Positions 9,270-19,825 of a DNA stretch of 64,000 nt are shown piece after piece. This stretch comes from Bacteroidota bacterium (GTDB lineage: Bacteria; Bacteroidota; Bacteroidia; Bacteroidales; UBA6013): assembly GCA_020048645.1 (NCBI GenBank), contig JAIFMG010000097.1, positions 1,498 to 65,497 on the forward strand, given 5' to 3'. The translations under genes were made by a program, and so were the position numbers. Within the stretch, counting starts at the first letter, position 1; every line of letters begins with the position of its first letter. The notes under the pieces are model-generated. The model saw only the letters and a list, made by a program, of their open reading frames with translations. It was not told the DNA's origin and did not search any database.

Positions 9270-10223
9270 ATGAAAGAGCTTTCCATCATCATCTGCGTCT
9301 TCAACGAGCAAGACAACATCCATCCGCTGGTGCGCCAGATCGAGGCGGCCCTCGACGGTTTCGACTACGAGGTCATCTACGTGGACGACGGCTCCACCGA
9401 CCAGACCCGCGAGCGCGTCCGAGAACTGCGGCACCCGAGGATCAAGCTCGTCGAGCTGCGGCGCAACTACGGACAAAGCTACGCCCTGGCCGCGGGCATC
9501 GAACATGCCCAGGGGACCCACCTGGTAACCATGGACGGAGACCTGCAAAACGACCCGCTGGACATTCCCATGATGCTCAAGATCGCCCGCGAGGGTGGAT
9601 TCGACCTGGTGGCCGGCATCCGCGCCAACCGGCAGGACGGGATGTTCCTGCGCAAGATCCCCAGCAAGATCGCCAACCGCGTCATCCAGCGCACCACCGG
9701 AGTCCGCATCAAGGACTACGGCTGCACGCTCAAGGTCTTCACCAGCCCCATCGCCAAGGACCTGGGCCTCTACGGCGAGCTGCACCGCTTCATCCCCGTG
9801 CTGGCCAGCCTCGAAGGCGCCCGCATCACCCAGACCGACGTGCGGCACCATGCCCGCGTGCACGGCAGCTCCAAGTACGGCATCAACCGCACCTTCAAGG
9901 TCGTCAGCGACTTGCTGCTCATGCTCTTCTTCCAGAAGTACCTCCAGAAGCCCATGCACCTCTTCGGGACCTGGGGCATGGCCATTTTCGGCGCCGGGGC
10001 GCTCATCAACCTCTACCTCCTGGCCCTGAAGGTCGCCGGGGAGGACATCTGGGGCAAGCCGCTGATGATCCTGGGGCTGATGCTGCTGATCGCCGGGATA
10101 CAGTTCATCACCATCGGCCTGGTGCTGGAGGTGCAGACCCGCACCTACTACGAGTCGCAGCAGAAGAAGCCCTACACCGTCCGCAAGGTCAGCGAGTGGC
10201 CCCAGCCCCGGCAGGCCGACTAG
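9270..10223 (+). CDS. Glycosyltransferase family 2 (polyprenol-phosphate/ArnC-like)
   Basis: FNEQDNI, VDDGSTD, RNYGQ, MDGDLQNDP, ELHRFIP, two C-terminal TM helices. Confidence 0.92.
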   Translation: MKELSIIICVFNEQDNIHPLVRQIEAALDGFDYEVIYVDDGSTDQTRERVRELRHPRIKLVELRRNYGQSYALAAGIEHAQGTHLVTMDGDLQNDPLDIPMMLKIAREGGFDLVAGIRANRQDGMFLRKIPSKIANRVIQRTTGVRIKDYGCTLKVFTSPIAKDLGLYGELHRFIPVLASLEGARITQTDVRHHARVHGSSKYGINRTFKVVSDLLLMLFFQKYLQKPMHLFGTWGMAIFGAGALINLYLLALKVAGEDIWGKPLMILGLMLLIAGIQFITIGLVLEVQTRTYYESQQKKPYTVRKVSEWPQPRQAD

Positions 10224-10519
10224 GCCCCGCCCCAGTCGCGCAGCAGCCGCTCGACCCGCTCGCGCGGCGACGGGTCGTCGGGCGGATGCAGCAGCTCCAG
10301 CTCGCGGCCGCCCAGTCCGGCGGCCAGCCGCCAGCCCTCGGGGCTTTCCACCCGGCAGAAATCGAGCGCGCCGGGCACCTTGCCCGCCAGGGGCAAGACC
10401 TGGACGCGCCCACCGGGGCAGAGGTGCTCCAGCAAGGCCCGATCGACCTGGCCCTCCAAGACGAAGACCGCACGCGCCTGCCCCTGGCAGTTGCGGACGG
10501 TCTTGAGCTGGTAACGCAT
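10220..10519 (-). CDS. Hypothetical protein, last gene of the V4R operon
   Basis: 99-aa ATG ORF 16 nt after the V4R gene; its stop overlaps the convergent GT2 stop. Confidence 0.55.
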   Translation of the reverse strand: MRYQLKTVRNCQGQARAVFVLEGQVDRALLEHLCPGGRVQVLPLAGKVPGALDFCRVESPEGWRLAAGLGGRELELLHPPDDPSPRERVERLLRDWGGA

Positions 10520-10535
10520 GGCGGGATGCTGTTTC

Positions 10536-11783
10536 TCAACGGTTCACCAAGAACGAATCCGAGCCGTCGCGGCCAATCCGGCAATCGATCTGACGGACGC
10601 CGAAGGCCTGCCCGGACTTGAAGCGCTCGGCGTAGTAGGCCTCGTCGAGCTGGGGCATGGACTGAATGTCGGCGTTGAAAATCAGGTTCATCACGCCTTT
10701 GGCGATGCCTTGCAGCATGTACGAGACGCCCTCGCGGGCAGACATCCGCTTCGACAGGTAGAAGTTGGACTCGTAGCCGTTGGGGCTGGAAAGCAGCAGC
10801 TTCTCCGGGGCGAGCTCGTCCACGCACAAGGCTCCCCAGCCCAGGGCGTTGGCCACGGCCACGATGCCATGCGCCCAGTCGGCCGCGTCGTGGAGCTGGG
10901 GCTTGACCAGCGCGGCCCACTCGGCGGACTCCATGATGCCTCCGAAGGTGTTGAAGGCGCAGACGTGCCCGGCCTCCACCAGCAGGCTCTCGACCAGCTC
11001 CTGGCCGGTCTGGCCCAGGGCCGCTTCCATCCGCTCCAGGAAGCGGAAGGAGGTCAGGTTGTAGTAGTTGGCGTACATCTTGGCCAGCAGCACCCCGAAG
11101 GCGGGGATCAGCCCGCGCTCGTCGGGCTCGGTCGGCAGTTCGAACACGGCCTGGGTGATGGCCTCGGAGGCCACCCGGCAGCCGGGGAAAGGCTCCCGCG
11201 GATCGACCTGGCCCATGATGCCCGCGCCCACGCTGGGCTCCAGCGCGCGCGGCTCGGGGCGCAGGCGCAGCACGAAGCGGCAGCGGTCGTCGCCCAGGCT
11301 GCGGCAGTGCGTCTGCTCGACCTCGTAGTGGCCCGGCTCGCCCCGGAAGGCCATCGCGAAGGCGGCCCGGGCGAACCCGGCGGCGAAGTGCGACACGCCG
11401 CCCTGCGCGCGCGCGCGGAGGCCGAACTTGAGGACCCAGCCGTGCGCGTAGTGCTCCCAGGGGCACTCCACCACGCCGCCCTCGGGCCCCGCCTCGACGA
11501 CCCGGAACAGGCCGAAGCCCCTTTGCCGGAACAGCTCGGCGGCAGTGGCCAGCACGCTCTCCGGCTGGCCGCCTTCCGCGAACAGCTAGGCCAGCTCGGC
11601 GAAGGCGACCTCCTCGGCGCTGTCGCGCAGCAGCGCGGGCACGTCCACGAAGTCGGCCGCCGATTCCATCGAATGCTGCAAGAAGCAGTTGTAGTGGTGG
11701 CAGTGCAGCGCCACCGGCTCGGATTGGGCAAACCAATACCGGCGGACAGGATCCACCACGAGGGTTGGAACGACCTTCTTCAT
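10536..11783 (-). pseudogene. Tandem V4R (4-vinyl-reductase-like) domain protein with an in-frame TAG at 11586-11588
   Basis: ORFs 11586-11783 and 10536-11555 share a frame (...FAELA*LFAEGGQPESVLAT...); LHCHHYN, GFG/GWG motifs, EQTHC-x7-CRF; 415 codons if read through. Confidence 0.7.
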
Positions 11784-11986
11784 CTTGGGAGGCTCTTTTT
11801 GTACTGTTGTTGGATGAACCCATCGATCTCATCCAACAGATTCTCGGGCAGATCCAGAGGATCGTCAAACTTCAACACACTGAATCCTTGGGCTTTGAAG
11901 CTCTTCATGAACTTCAGGGCCAGGATGTTCCAAGTGAGCGGGGGCAATTGCTCCATCACCCATTGGTTCAGTTCCTTCATCTTCAT
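11780..11986 (-). CDS. Small hypothetical protein (about 68 aa)
   Basis: MKMKELNQWVMEQLPP...; TGA overlaps the V4R ATG (ATGA). Confidence 0.6.
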   Translation of the reverse strand: MKMKELNQWVMEQLPPLTWNILALKFMKSFKAQGFSVLKFDDPLDLPENLLDEIDGFIQQQYKKSLPR

Positions 11987-12148
11987 GGTCTTGGTTCTGG
12001 TTTTCGTCTTGAGCGTGCTTGTCATGTGGCCTTTTGAAATGTTGGAAAGATAGTGCTTGGGTTGGTGCTGGTCTTGGCACGGTTAGGAAATAGCAGGTGG
12101 AAGCCTGCCCAGCGAAGATGCAAAAAAAGCAACATTTCAAAAGAAAAC

Positions 12149-12182
12149 AAAAAAAAGGCCTGCCCCGGATAGGGCAGGCCTT
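12149..12182 (-). terminator. Intrinsic terminator after the Cache-PP2C gene
   Basis: AAGGCCTGCCC-CGGATA-GGGCAGGCCTT hairpin with an A-run on its left (U-tail on the minus strand). Confidence 0.8.
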
Positions 12183-12205
12183 CCGTTCGGGAGCTGACAA
12201 CAAGC

Positions 12206-14173
12206 TCAAATCTTGAACCCAATGACAATGACGTCATCGACCTGGTGCTCCTCGCCCCGCCAGGCCTCGAAGGCCTCCCGGAGCTTTTCCTTCTGCTCTT
12301 TGAAGGGCTGGTCTTGCAGCCTGACGAAGATTTCCTTCATCTGCTTGCGCATGAACTTCTTGCCCTTTGGCCCGCCGAACTGGTCTTGGAACCCGTCGGA
12401 GAAGATGTAGAAGGCATCGCCCATGAGCAGGTCGAACTCCTGGTTGGTGAAGGCGCCCTTGGCCTCGGAGTAGATGCCGATGGGCATGCGGTCGGCCTTG
12501 GACTCGATGGCCTTTCCGTCGCGGACGAAGACCAGGGGGTTGTTGGCCCCGGCGAACTGGAGCTTGCGGGCCTTGAGGTCGATCAGGCAGAGCGACATGT
12601 CCATGCCGTCCTTCGACGAGCCCTCCTCGCCGGTCTGGTGCAGCGAGGTGATGACCTTCTCGCGGAGCTGGTCGAGGATCTGGGAGGCCGTCAGGGCCTG
12701 CTTGCCCGGCTCGGTGCGGTTGAGCTCGTTGAGGAACGAGACGCCGAGCATGCTCATGAAGGCGCCGGGCACGCCGTGCCCGGTGCAGTCGGCCGCGACC
12801 AGGATGAGGCTGTCGTCGCTGTTGTGGGCGAACCAGTAGAAGTCTCCGCTGACAATGTCTCGGGGCATCCAGAGGATGAAGCTCTCGGGCAGGTCGGCCT
12901 CGAGGCTTAGGGGCGGAGGCAGGATGGCGTGCTGGATGTAGCGGGCGTAGTTGATGCTGTCGATGATCTCCTTGTTCTTTTCGCGGATTTCGTCGCGCTG
13001 GGCCTGGATGGCCTTGTTCTGCTTGATGATCTGCTCGTTCTTCTGGGCCAGGAGCACGTTGGCCTTCTGCTTCTGGTAGTAGCCCCTGACCACGGCCACG
13101 ATGACGATGATCACCAGGACGAAGCCGCCCATGAGGGTGTTTCGGGTGCGCTTGATCTCGACCAGGAAGTCGGACTCGGGCACGGCCACGCCGATGAGCA
13201 GGTGCTGGTTCTGGCTCAGGGCGTAGGTCTGCATCTGGCCCCACCAGTTGTCGCCCTGGCTGTCGAACTTGAAGGCCTTGCCCATCTCGCCGCCCACGGC
13301 CCTCCAGGCCCCGACGGCGGCCACGAGGGTCTCCATGCCGATGGCGTCGTGGGGCTTGAGGATGAAGTTCTTCATGGAGTCGGGCTGCTCGAGGAAGCGG
13401 CTGTCCTTGGGCAGGCCGACCACGAGCAGGCTGTCGGTCAGGACGAAGGCCAGGCCGTTTTCGCTGACCTGCATCTGGGTGGTGAAGCGGGATATGTCGG
13501 TGAGCAGCACGTCGAGGGCGATGACCTTCTGGGACGAGTCTCCGCGGTCGGAGGCGGATGAGACGGTGATGCCGGGCTGCTTTCCGGTGAAGAAGATGTA
13601 GGGGTCGGTCCAGAAGAGCTCGCCCTGGGGCTTCTGCCTGGCGCCGACGAACCAGGGGCGCCCGGTGGGCAGGTACTCGATGGTCTCCTGCCATTCCTCG
13701 GTGAGGGCGAACTGGCCGGCGGCCTCTTCGTGCCAGCGCTGGTAGCTGACCTGCTTCTGGCCCGCGGGGAAGGCGATGGTGCGGACGCGCCAGGAACCGG
13801 GCTCGCGGTGGATCATGAACTCGCTGTTGTCGGTGCGGGCCACGATGACGTTGGAAATCTGGGTGGTGTTGTGCAGCAGGGGCACCACGAGCTTGTTGCG
13901 GGTCTGGGCGTCGGCGGCCTCGAGCAGGCCGTTCTGGTCCCACTCGCGCAGGGTGCGGAGGTCCTCGCCTACGGTGCCGAAGAAGTTGTTGAGCTCGACG
14001 GTGGTGCGCGAGGTGGTGCGGTTGATGAGCGACTTGGCCAAGGACTCGACCGTTGACGACAAGTCGATGAGCATGAGCGAGAGGATGATGACAAGGCCCA
14101 TGAGCACCAAGATCAGGGCATTGCGCAAGACACCGGCCTGAAATCTTTTCCAAAGGCTAATCTGTACGGCCAT
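12206..14173 (-). CDS. Cache-domain membrane sensor with SpoIIE/PP2C phosphatase
   Basis: TM - Cache (RPWF, WTDPY) - TM - coiled coil - SINYARYIQ, VSGDFYW, ADCTGHGVPGA, DGMD, QVDD. Confidence 0.88.
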   Translation of the reverse strand: MAVQISLWKRFQAGVLRNALILVLMGLVIILSLMLIDLSSTVESLAKSLINRTTSRTTVELNNFFGTVGEDLRTLREWDQNGLLEAADAQTRNKLVVPLLHNTTQISNVIVARTDNSEFMIHREPGSWRVRTIAFPAGQKQVSYQRWHEEAAGQFALTEEWQETIEYLPTGRPWFVGARQKPQGELFWTDPYIFFTGKQPGITVSSASDRGDSSQKVIALDVLLTDISRFTTQMQVSENGLAFVLTDSLLVVGLPKDSRFLEQPDSMKNFILKPHDAIGMETLVAAVGAWRAVGGEMGKAFKFDSQGDNWWGQMQTYALSQNQHLLIGVAVPESDFLVEIKRTRNTLMGGFVLVIIVIVAVVRGYYQKQKANVLLAQKNEQIIKQNKAIQAQRDEIREKNKEIIDSINYARYIQHAILPPPLSLEADLPESFILWMPRDIVSGDFYWFAHNSDDSLILVAADCTGHGVPGAFMSMLGVSFLNELNRTEPGKQALTASQILDQLREKVITSLHQTGEEGSSKDGMDMSLCLIDLKARKLQFAGANNPLVFVRDGKAIESKADRMPIGIYSEAKGAFTNQEFDLLMGDAFYIFSDGFQDQFGGPKGKKFMRKQMKEIFVRLQDQPFKEQKEKLREAFEAWRGEEHQVDDVIVIGFKI

Positions 14174-14381
14174 CGGTTTGTTTTTGTGGTTTGGGAGGGC
14201 GGGGAGGAATGACCTGCTGGCCCAGCGGGCTGGCGTTCCATTCTCAAATTTAACCAAGCGGGCGGTCTTTTCAAAGCCAAAATAAGTTTTCCCGCGAAAA
14301 AGCCCCGGGCCTCCCGCCGCGTCGGTCGGGGCGACCTGGCCAGGACCGGACCAGCAGGCCTCCGACCGGGACGGAACGGCG

Positions 14382-15314
14382 CTATCGCGGGATGGCGGGC
14401 ACGCAGAAGAAACCCTCGGGGCCGATGGGCTGTCGGGTCCAGCGGTAGGCCACCAGGGCGCCGCCCTTGGCCACGCTGTAGTCCACGCAGGCCACGTTGG
14501 GGGCCAGGGGCTCGGGGGTCCCGCGCTGCCAGTAGTGCCCCACGAAGACGGGCGGCGCCTGGGGCGGGTAGCCGAAGCCGAGGGCCTGGAGGTCTTCGCT
14601 GACGGGCGCGAGGCTGACCTCCCAGCCTTGGGTGACGGCCATTTGCCGGTAGCTCAGGCCGGGCTGGTCCAGCCACCACTTGGCCCTGATGGTGCGGACG
14701 GCCCGCCCGTTGGCCGTGACGAAGGCCTGGCCCTCGGGCAGGCGGAGGGTCTTGCCGCCCAGCAGGACCATGACCTGCTGGTGCAGGCCATTGCCCGGCC
14801 AGAGGGCCTTGCGGAGGTATTCGGGCAGGAGGCTGCCGTCGGCGCGGAGGTAGGGCCGCAGCCGGCCGATGACCTGGTCGTCCCAGCAGGCGTGTACGGC
14901 GCGCAGCCCGTCCACCTCGACGAAAAGCGGCAGGGAGGCGAACCAGGCCAGGGCCTCGCGCAGCTCGGGCTCGTGGCCCAGGTAGGAGGCCAGGGTGGCG
15001 CGCACGGGCTCGACCAGGTCGGGCGGAAGGTTCCAGAGGCCGGGGACGCTGCCCGCCCGCTGCCAGAGCCAGAGCAGGTAGAACTCGTGGTTGCCCATCA
15101 GGGCCAGGGCGCCACCGCGGCGGGCCAGGCGCATGGCCAGGGCGACGCTCTGGCGCACCTGGGGCCCGCGGTCGATGAAGTCGCCCGTGAAGAGCGGCCG
15201 GCGACCCAGCGGATGCGCGGGAAGCCCGTCGGGGCCCTGGTGGTATCCGAGGCCCTTGAGCAGCAGCAGCAGCTCGTCGTGGTGGCCGTGTATGTCGCCG
15301 ATGATGTCGTACAT
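14382..15314 (-). CDS. Calcineurin-like metallophosphoesterase (ApaH/Ser-Thr phosphatase-like)
   Basis: MYDIIGDIHGH, GDFIDRGP, MGNHE, VHA, FVGHYW, CVDYS. Confidence 0.9.
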   Translation of the reverse strand: MYDIIGDIHGHHDELLLLLKGLGYHQGPDGLPAHPLGRRPLFTGDFIDRGPQVRQSVALAMRLARRGGALALMGNHEFYLLWLWQRAGSVPGLWNLPPDLVEPVRATLASYLGHEPELREALAWFASLPLFVEVDGLRAVHACWDDQVIGRLRPYLRADGSLLPEYLRKALWPGNGLHQQVMVLLGGKTLRLPEGQAFVTANGRAVRTIRAKWWLDQPGLSYRQMAVTQGWEVSLAPVSEDLQALGFGYPPQAPPVFVGHYWQRGTPEPLAPNVACVDYSVAKGGALVAYRWTRQPIGPEGFFCVPAIPR

Positions 15315-15692
15315 GGTCCGGGTGCTTTGGAAGTGGGCAAAGGCTGTCGCCAGGCCCGCCGTCGCCTGGGGCGATTCCGGCGGGAAGTCGCTCTTCATCT
15401 CGGCTGTCGAAAGCATGTTTCTTGAAATAACAAAGTGTTCCGACGCAAAATAGAGGATCTTCCTGAAAAAAGCAAGCCCCAGTTTCTCCTAAAAACATTT
15501 TTTACAACACATTTTTTTGAGTCCAACGCTTTTGACCGTCCATAGGAAAATGAAATGATGGCCCGGAGGCCCATCATGGGAAATGTTTTCAAGGCCATTT
15601 CCTTAGAAATAAAAACAAGCCAAATTGGAAAAAAGCCTAGCCCCCGGCCACCCGCCCCCGCGAAGCGCGGGCCCGGCATTGGGAAAAAAATT

Positions 15693-15700
15693 TATCTTTG
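15693..15700 (+). promoter_or_regulatory. Bacteroidota -7 promoter box
   Basis: TATCTTTG matches TAnnTTTG, 39 nt upstream of the NtrC-type gene start. Confidence 0.6.
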
Positions 15701-15738
15701 GGAGGGCGAAGCAAACCCAAGCCCTTGACCCTCAAAGC

Positions 15739-17100
<1,362 letters not shown>

Positions 17101-17139
17101 AGCCCCAGCCCCACGCACGAACCCCCCAACTCGAAGAAC

Positions 17140-18495
17140 ATGCTCAAACGATTCCGAACGAACGTCATGCTGCGGGTCGCGCTGCTGGCCCTAACGGCCC
17201 TCCTGGACGCATGGGTCTGGCAGTCGGGGCATCACTTCACGGCCCTGGTGCTGGCGGGCCTGCTGCTGTTCCAGACCCTCTCGCTGGCGCGCTACGTCGA
17301 GCGGGGCAACCACGAGCTCAAGAGCTTCCTGGAGTCGATCCGCTACTCGGACTTCTCGCGGACCTTCCCCGTCTCGGGCGCGGGCAAGTCGTTCGACGAG
17401 CTGCGCGAGACCTTCAACAACGTCATGGAGGACTTCCAGAAGATACGCAGCCAGAAGGAAGAGCACTACCATTACCTGAAGAACATCCTGGAGCACGTGG
17501 ACGTGGCCATCCTGGCCCTGCGCTCCGACGGCACGCTGGAGATGGTCAACAAGTCGGCCAAGCTGCTGCTGCGCACGCCCGTGCTGCGCAAGCTGGACGA
17601 CCTGGCGCCCTTTTCGGCCGAGCTGGTGGAGACCCTGCGCGAGCTGGGGCCCCGCTCGAAGGCGCTGGTCAAGGTGCGCGACGAGGACGAGCTGCTGCAA
17701 CTGAGCATCCACGCCAGCATCTTCCGCCTCAACGAGCGCGAAATCAAGCTGGTGAGCCTCAAGGACATCCAGTCGGAGATGGAAGCGCAGGAGCTGGAGG
17801 CCTGGCAGAAGCTGATCCGGGTGCTGACCCACGAGATCATGAACTCCATCGCGCCCATCTCGTCGCTGGCCTCGACCACGCGGGGCATGGTGGAAGAGCA
17901 CGCCCGGGCGCTGGCCGAGCTGGTGCCGGGCAAGTTCGACCCGGAGGACCTCGACGACATCCACAAGGCCCTGGAAACCATCAACAAGCGGAGCGTGGGC
18001 CTGATCCACTTCGTGGACACCTACCGCAACCTGACCCGGGTGCCCAAGCCCAACCTGAACTACTTCCCCGTGCGCGAGCTGCTCGAGGACGTCGCCGCCC
18101 TGCTGGCGCCCGAGGTGGCCGAGGCCGCCGCCCGGCTGGAGCTGCGGATCGACGACCCGCAGGAGCTGGTCCTGGCCGACAAGCAGCTCCTGGAGCAGGT
18201 GCTGATCAACCTGGTCAAGAACTCGCTCCAGGCCCTGAACGGGCGCGAGGGCGCGAAAGTGGAGCTGCGCTGCCTGCGCAACCGGCGCCAGCGGACGGTC
18301 ATCCAAGTGGTGGACAACGGGCAGGGCATCCTCCCCGAGGCCATGGACATGATCTTCATTCCGTTCTTCACGACCAAGCCCAAGGGCTCGGGCATCGGGC
18401 TGAGCCTGGCCAAGCAGATCATGCGCCTGCATGGCGGCTCCATCGGCGTGGTCTCCGTTCCCGACCGCGAGACCGTCTTCAGCCTCACGCTGTGA
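17140..18495 (+). CDS. Sensor histidine kinase (NtrY-like), cognate to the upstream regulator
   Basis: Two TM, PAS-like region, HEIMNS, NLVKN, DNGQGI, FFTTK, GSGIGL. Confidence 0.93.
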   Translation: MLKRFRTNVMLRVALLALTALLDAWVWQSGHHFTALVLAGLLLFQTLSLARYVERGNHELKSFLESIRYSDFSRTFPVSGAGKSFDELRETFNNVMEDFQKIRSQKEEHYHYLKNILEHVDVAILALRSDGTLEMVNKSAKLLLRTPVLRKLDDLAPFSAELVETLRELGPRSKALVKVRDEDELLQLSIHASIFRLNEREIKLVSLKDIQSEMEAQELEAWQKLIRVLTHEIMNSIAPISSLASTTRGMVEEHARALAELVPGKFDPEDLDDIHKALETINKRSVGLIHFVDTYRNLTRVPKPNLNYFPVRELLEDVAALLAPEVAEAAARLELRIDDPQELVLADKQLLEQVLINLVKNSLQALNGREGAKVELRCLRNRRQRTVIQVVDNGQGILPEAMDMIFIPFFTTKPKGSGIGLSLAKQIMRLHGGSIGVVSVPDRETVFSLTL

Positions 18496-18538
18496 AAAAG
18501 CTTCGCGGGGCAGGCCGTGCCCGTTGCCCCGATTTTTT

Positions 18539-18546
18539 TACATTTG
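18539..18546 (+). promoter_or_regulatory. Bacteroidota -7 promoter box
   Basis: TACATTTG upstream of the AI-2E gene. Confidence 0.5.
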
Positions 18547-18646
18547 CCCAACCAATGGCATTCGTCCGATCGACCAGCCCCCCCGAGCGGCGGGGCGGTG
18601 ATCTGTTCAAATCGTCTGGCTGGCTTAACCCCACAATCAACACGTC

Positions 18647-19753
18647 ATGGAAAACATCAAGATTCCCACCATCTTCAAGGCCACGGCCTACATGCTCTTC
18701 GCGATCATGTCGGTTTACGTGGTCATCATCGCCAAAGGCTTCCTCTGGCCGCTGGCCCTGGCCCTGCTGTTCGCCTACCTGCTCTACCCTTTCGCGAACT
18801 ACTTCGAGAAACGGCTGCACTTCCCGCGCATCCTCTCGAACCTGACGGTGCTCATCATCGCCATCGTGCTGCTGGCCATGTTCTTGTTCTTCATGTACAA
18901 GCAATTGGCCATGCTGGTGAGCGACTTCGAAACCATCAAGATCAAGGCCATGGCCAACATGCAGTCGGTGGCGCACAGCCTGGAAGAGTCGCTTGGCATC
19001 GACGCGGCGCAGCAGAAGTTCTACCTGGGCCAGGTGGTGGACAAGGTCTTCGAGAGCGCCGGGGCCATCGCGGGACTGTTTGTCAGCTCGGCCTCGAGCA
19101 CCCTGGGCAGCTTCGTGATCATGCCCATCTACATCTTCTTCATGCTCTACTACCGCGACAAGTTCTATGATTTCATCTTCATGGCGGCCAAGGGCCACAA
19201 CACCGAGAAGGTGGAAAAGGTCATCACGGACGTCTCTAGCGTGGCCAAGAACTACGTCGGGGGCGTTTTCGTCGTGGTCTCCATCCTCTGCTTCACCAAC
19301 TCCTTCGGGCTTTGGCTGATCGGGATGGACTACTTCATCATCCTGGGCGTGGTCTCGGCCATCTGCAACTTCATCCCCTACTTCGGCACTCCGCTGGGCT
19401 TCGCCTTCCCGCTGGTGTTCGCCATCTTCACGGGCGACTCTCCGAACCTTGCCCTGGGCGTGGTGGCGGTCTTCTCCGTGGTGCAGTTCACCGAGAACAA
19501 CATCCTGACCCCGAGCATCGTGGGCGGCAACCTGCGCCTGAACCCCATCGTCATCATCCTTAGCCTGATCGTCGGGGCGATGATTTGGGGCATCCCCGGC
19601 ATGCTCGTCATTGTCCCGTTCATGGCCGTCATGCGCATCGTTTTCGAGCACGAGGAGCGCTTCAAGGCCTTCGCCTTCTTGCTGGGCGACCAGGGCACCG
19701 AGAAGCACGCCGTCACCTTCGACAAGATCAAGAGCATCTTCGGCAAGAAATGA
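18647..19753 (+). CDS. AI-2E family transporter
   Basis: Multi-TM; NFIPYFG, QFTENNILTP, LNP, WGIPGM. Confidence 0.9.
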   Translation: MENIKIPTIFKATAYMLFAIMSVYVVIIAKGFLWPLALALLFAYLLYPFANYFEKRLHFPRILSNLTVLIIAIVLLAMFLFFMYKQLAMLVSDFETIKIKAMANMQSVAHSLEESLGIDAAQQKFYLGQVVDKVFESAGAIAGLFVSSASSTLGSFVIMPIYIFFMLYYRDKFYDFIFMAAKGHNTEKVEKVITDVSSVAKNYVGGVFVVVSILCFTNSFGLWLIGMDYFIILGVVSAICNFIPYFGTPLGFAFPLVFAIFTGDSPNLALGVVAVFSVVQFTENNILTPSIVGGNLRLNPIVIILSLIVGAMIWGIPGMLVIVPFMAVMRIVFEHEERFKAFAFLLGDQGTEKHAVTFDKIKSIFGKK

Positions 19754-19825
19754 CCTGCGCGGCCCGGTCCGGCTCGAAGCCGGGCCGGGCCGGCCTTATT
19801 CTCCCTCCCCCCGAATTTTCCCAGA

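Noticed and set aside
11586-11588. Genome-wide TAG reassignment or pyrrolysine
   Set aside because: TAG terminates other genes in the window, no other gene has an internal TAG, and no pyl genes are visible.
19761-19791. 14-bp GC hairpin between the AI-2E and DUF2339 genes
   Set aside because: It lacks a good U-tail and is a single copy; probably an ordinary stability or pause hairpin.
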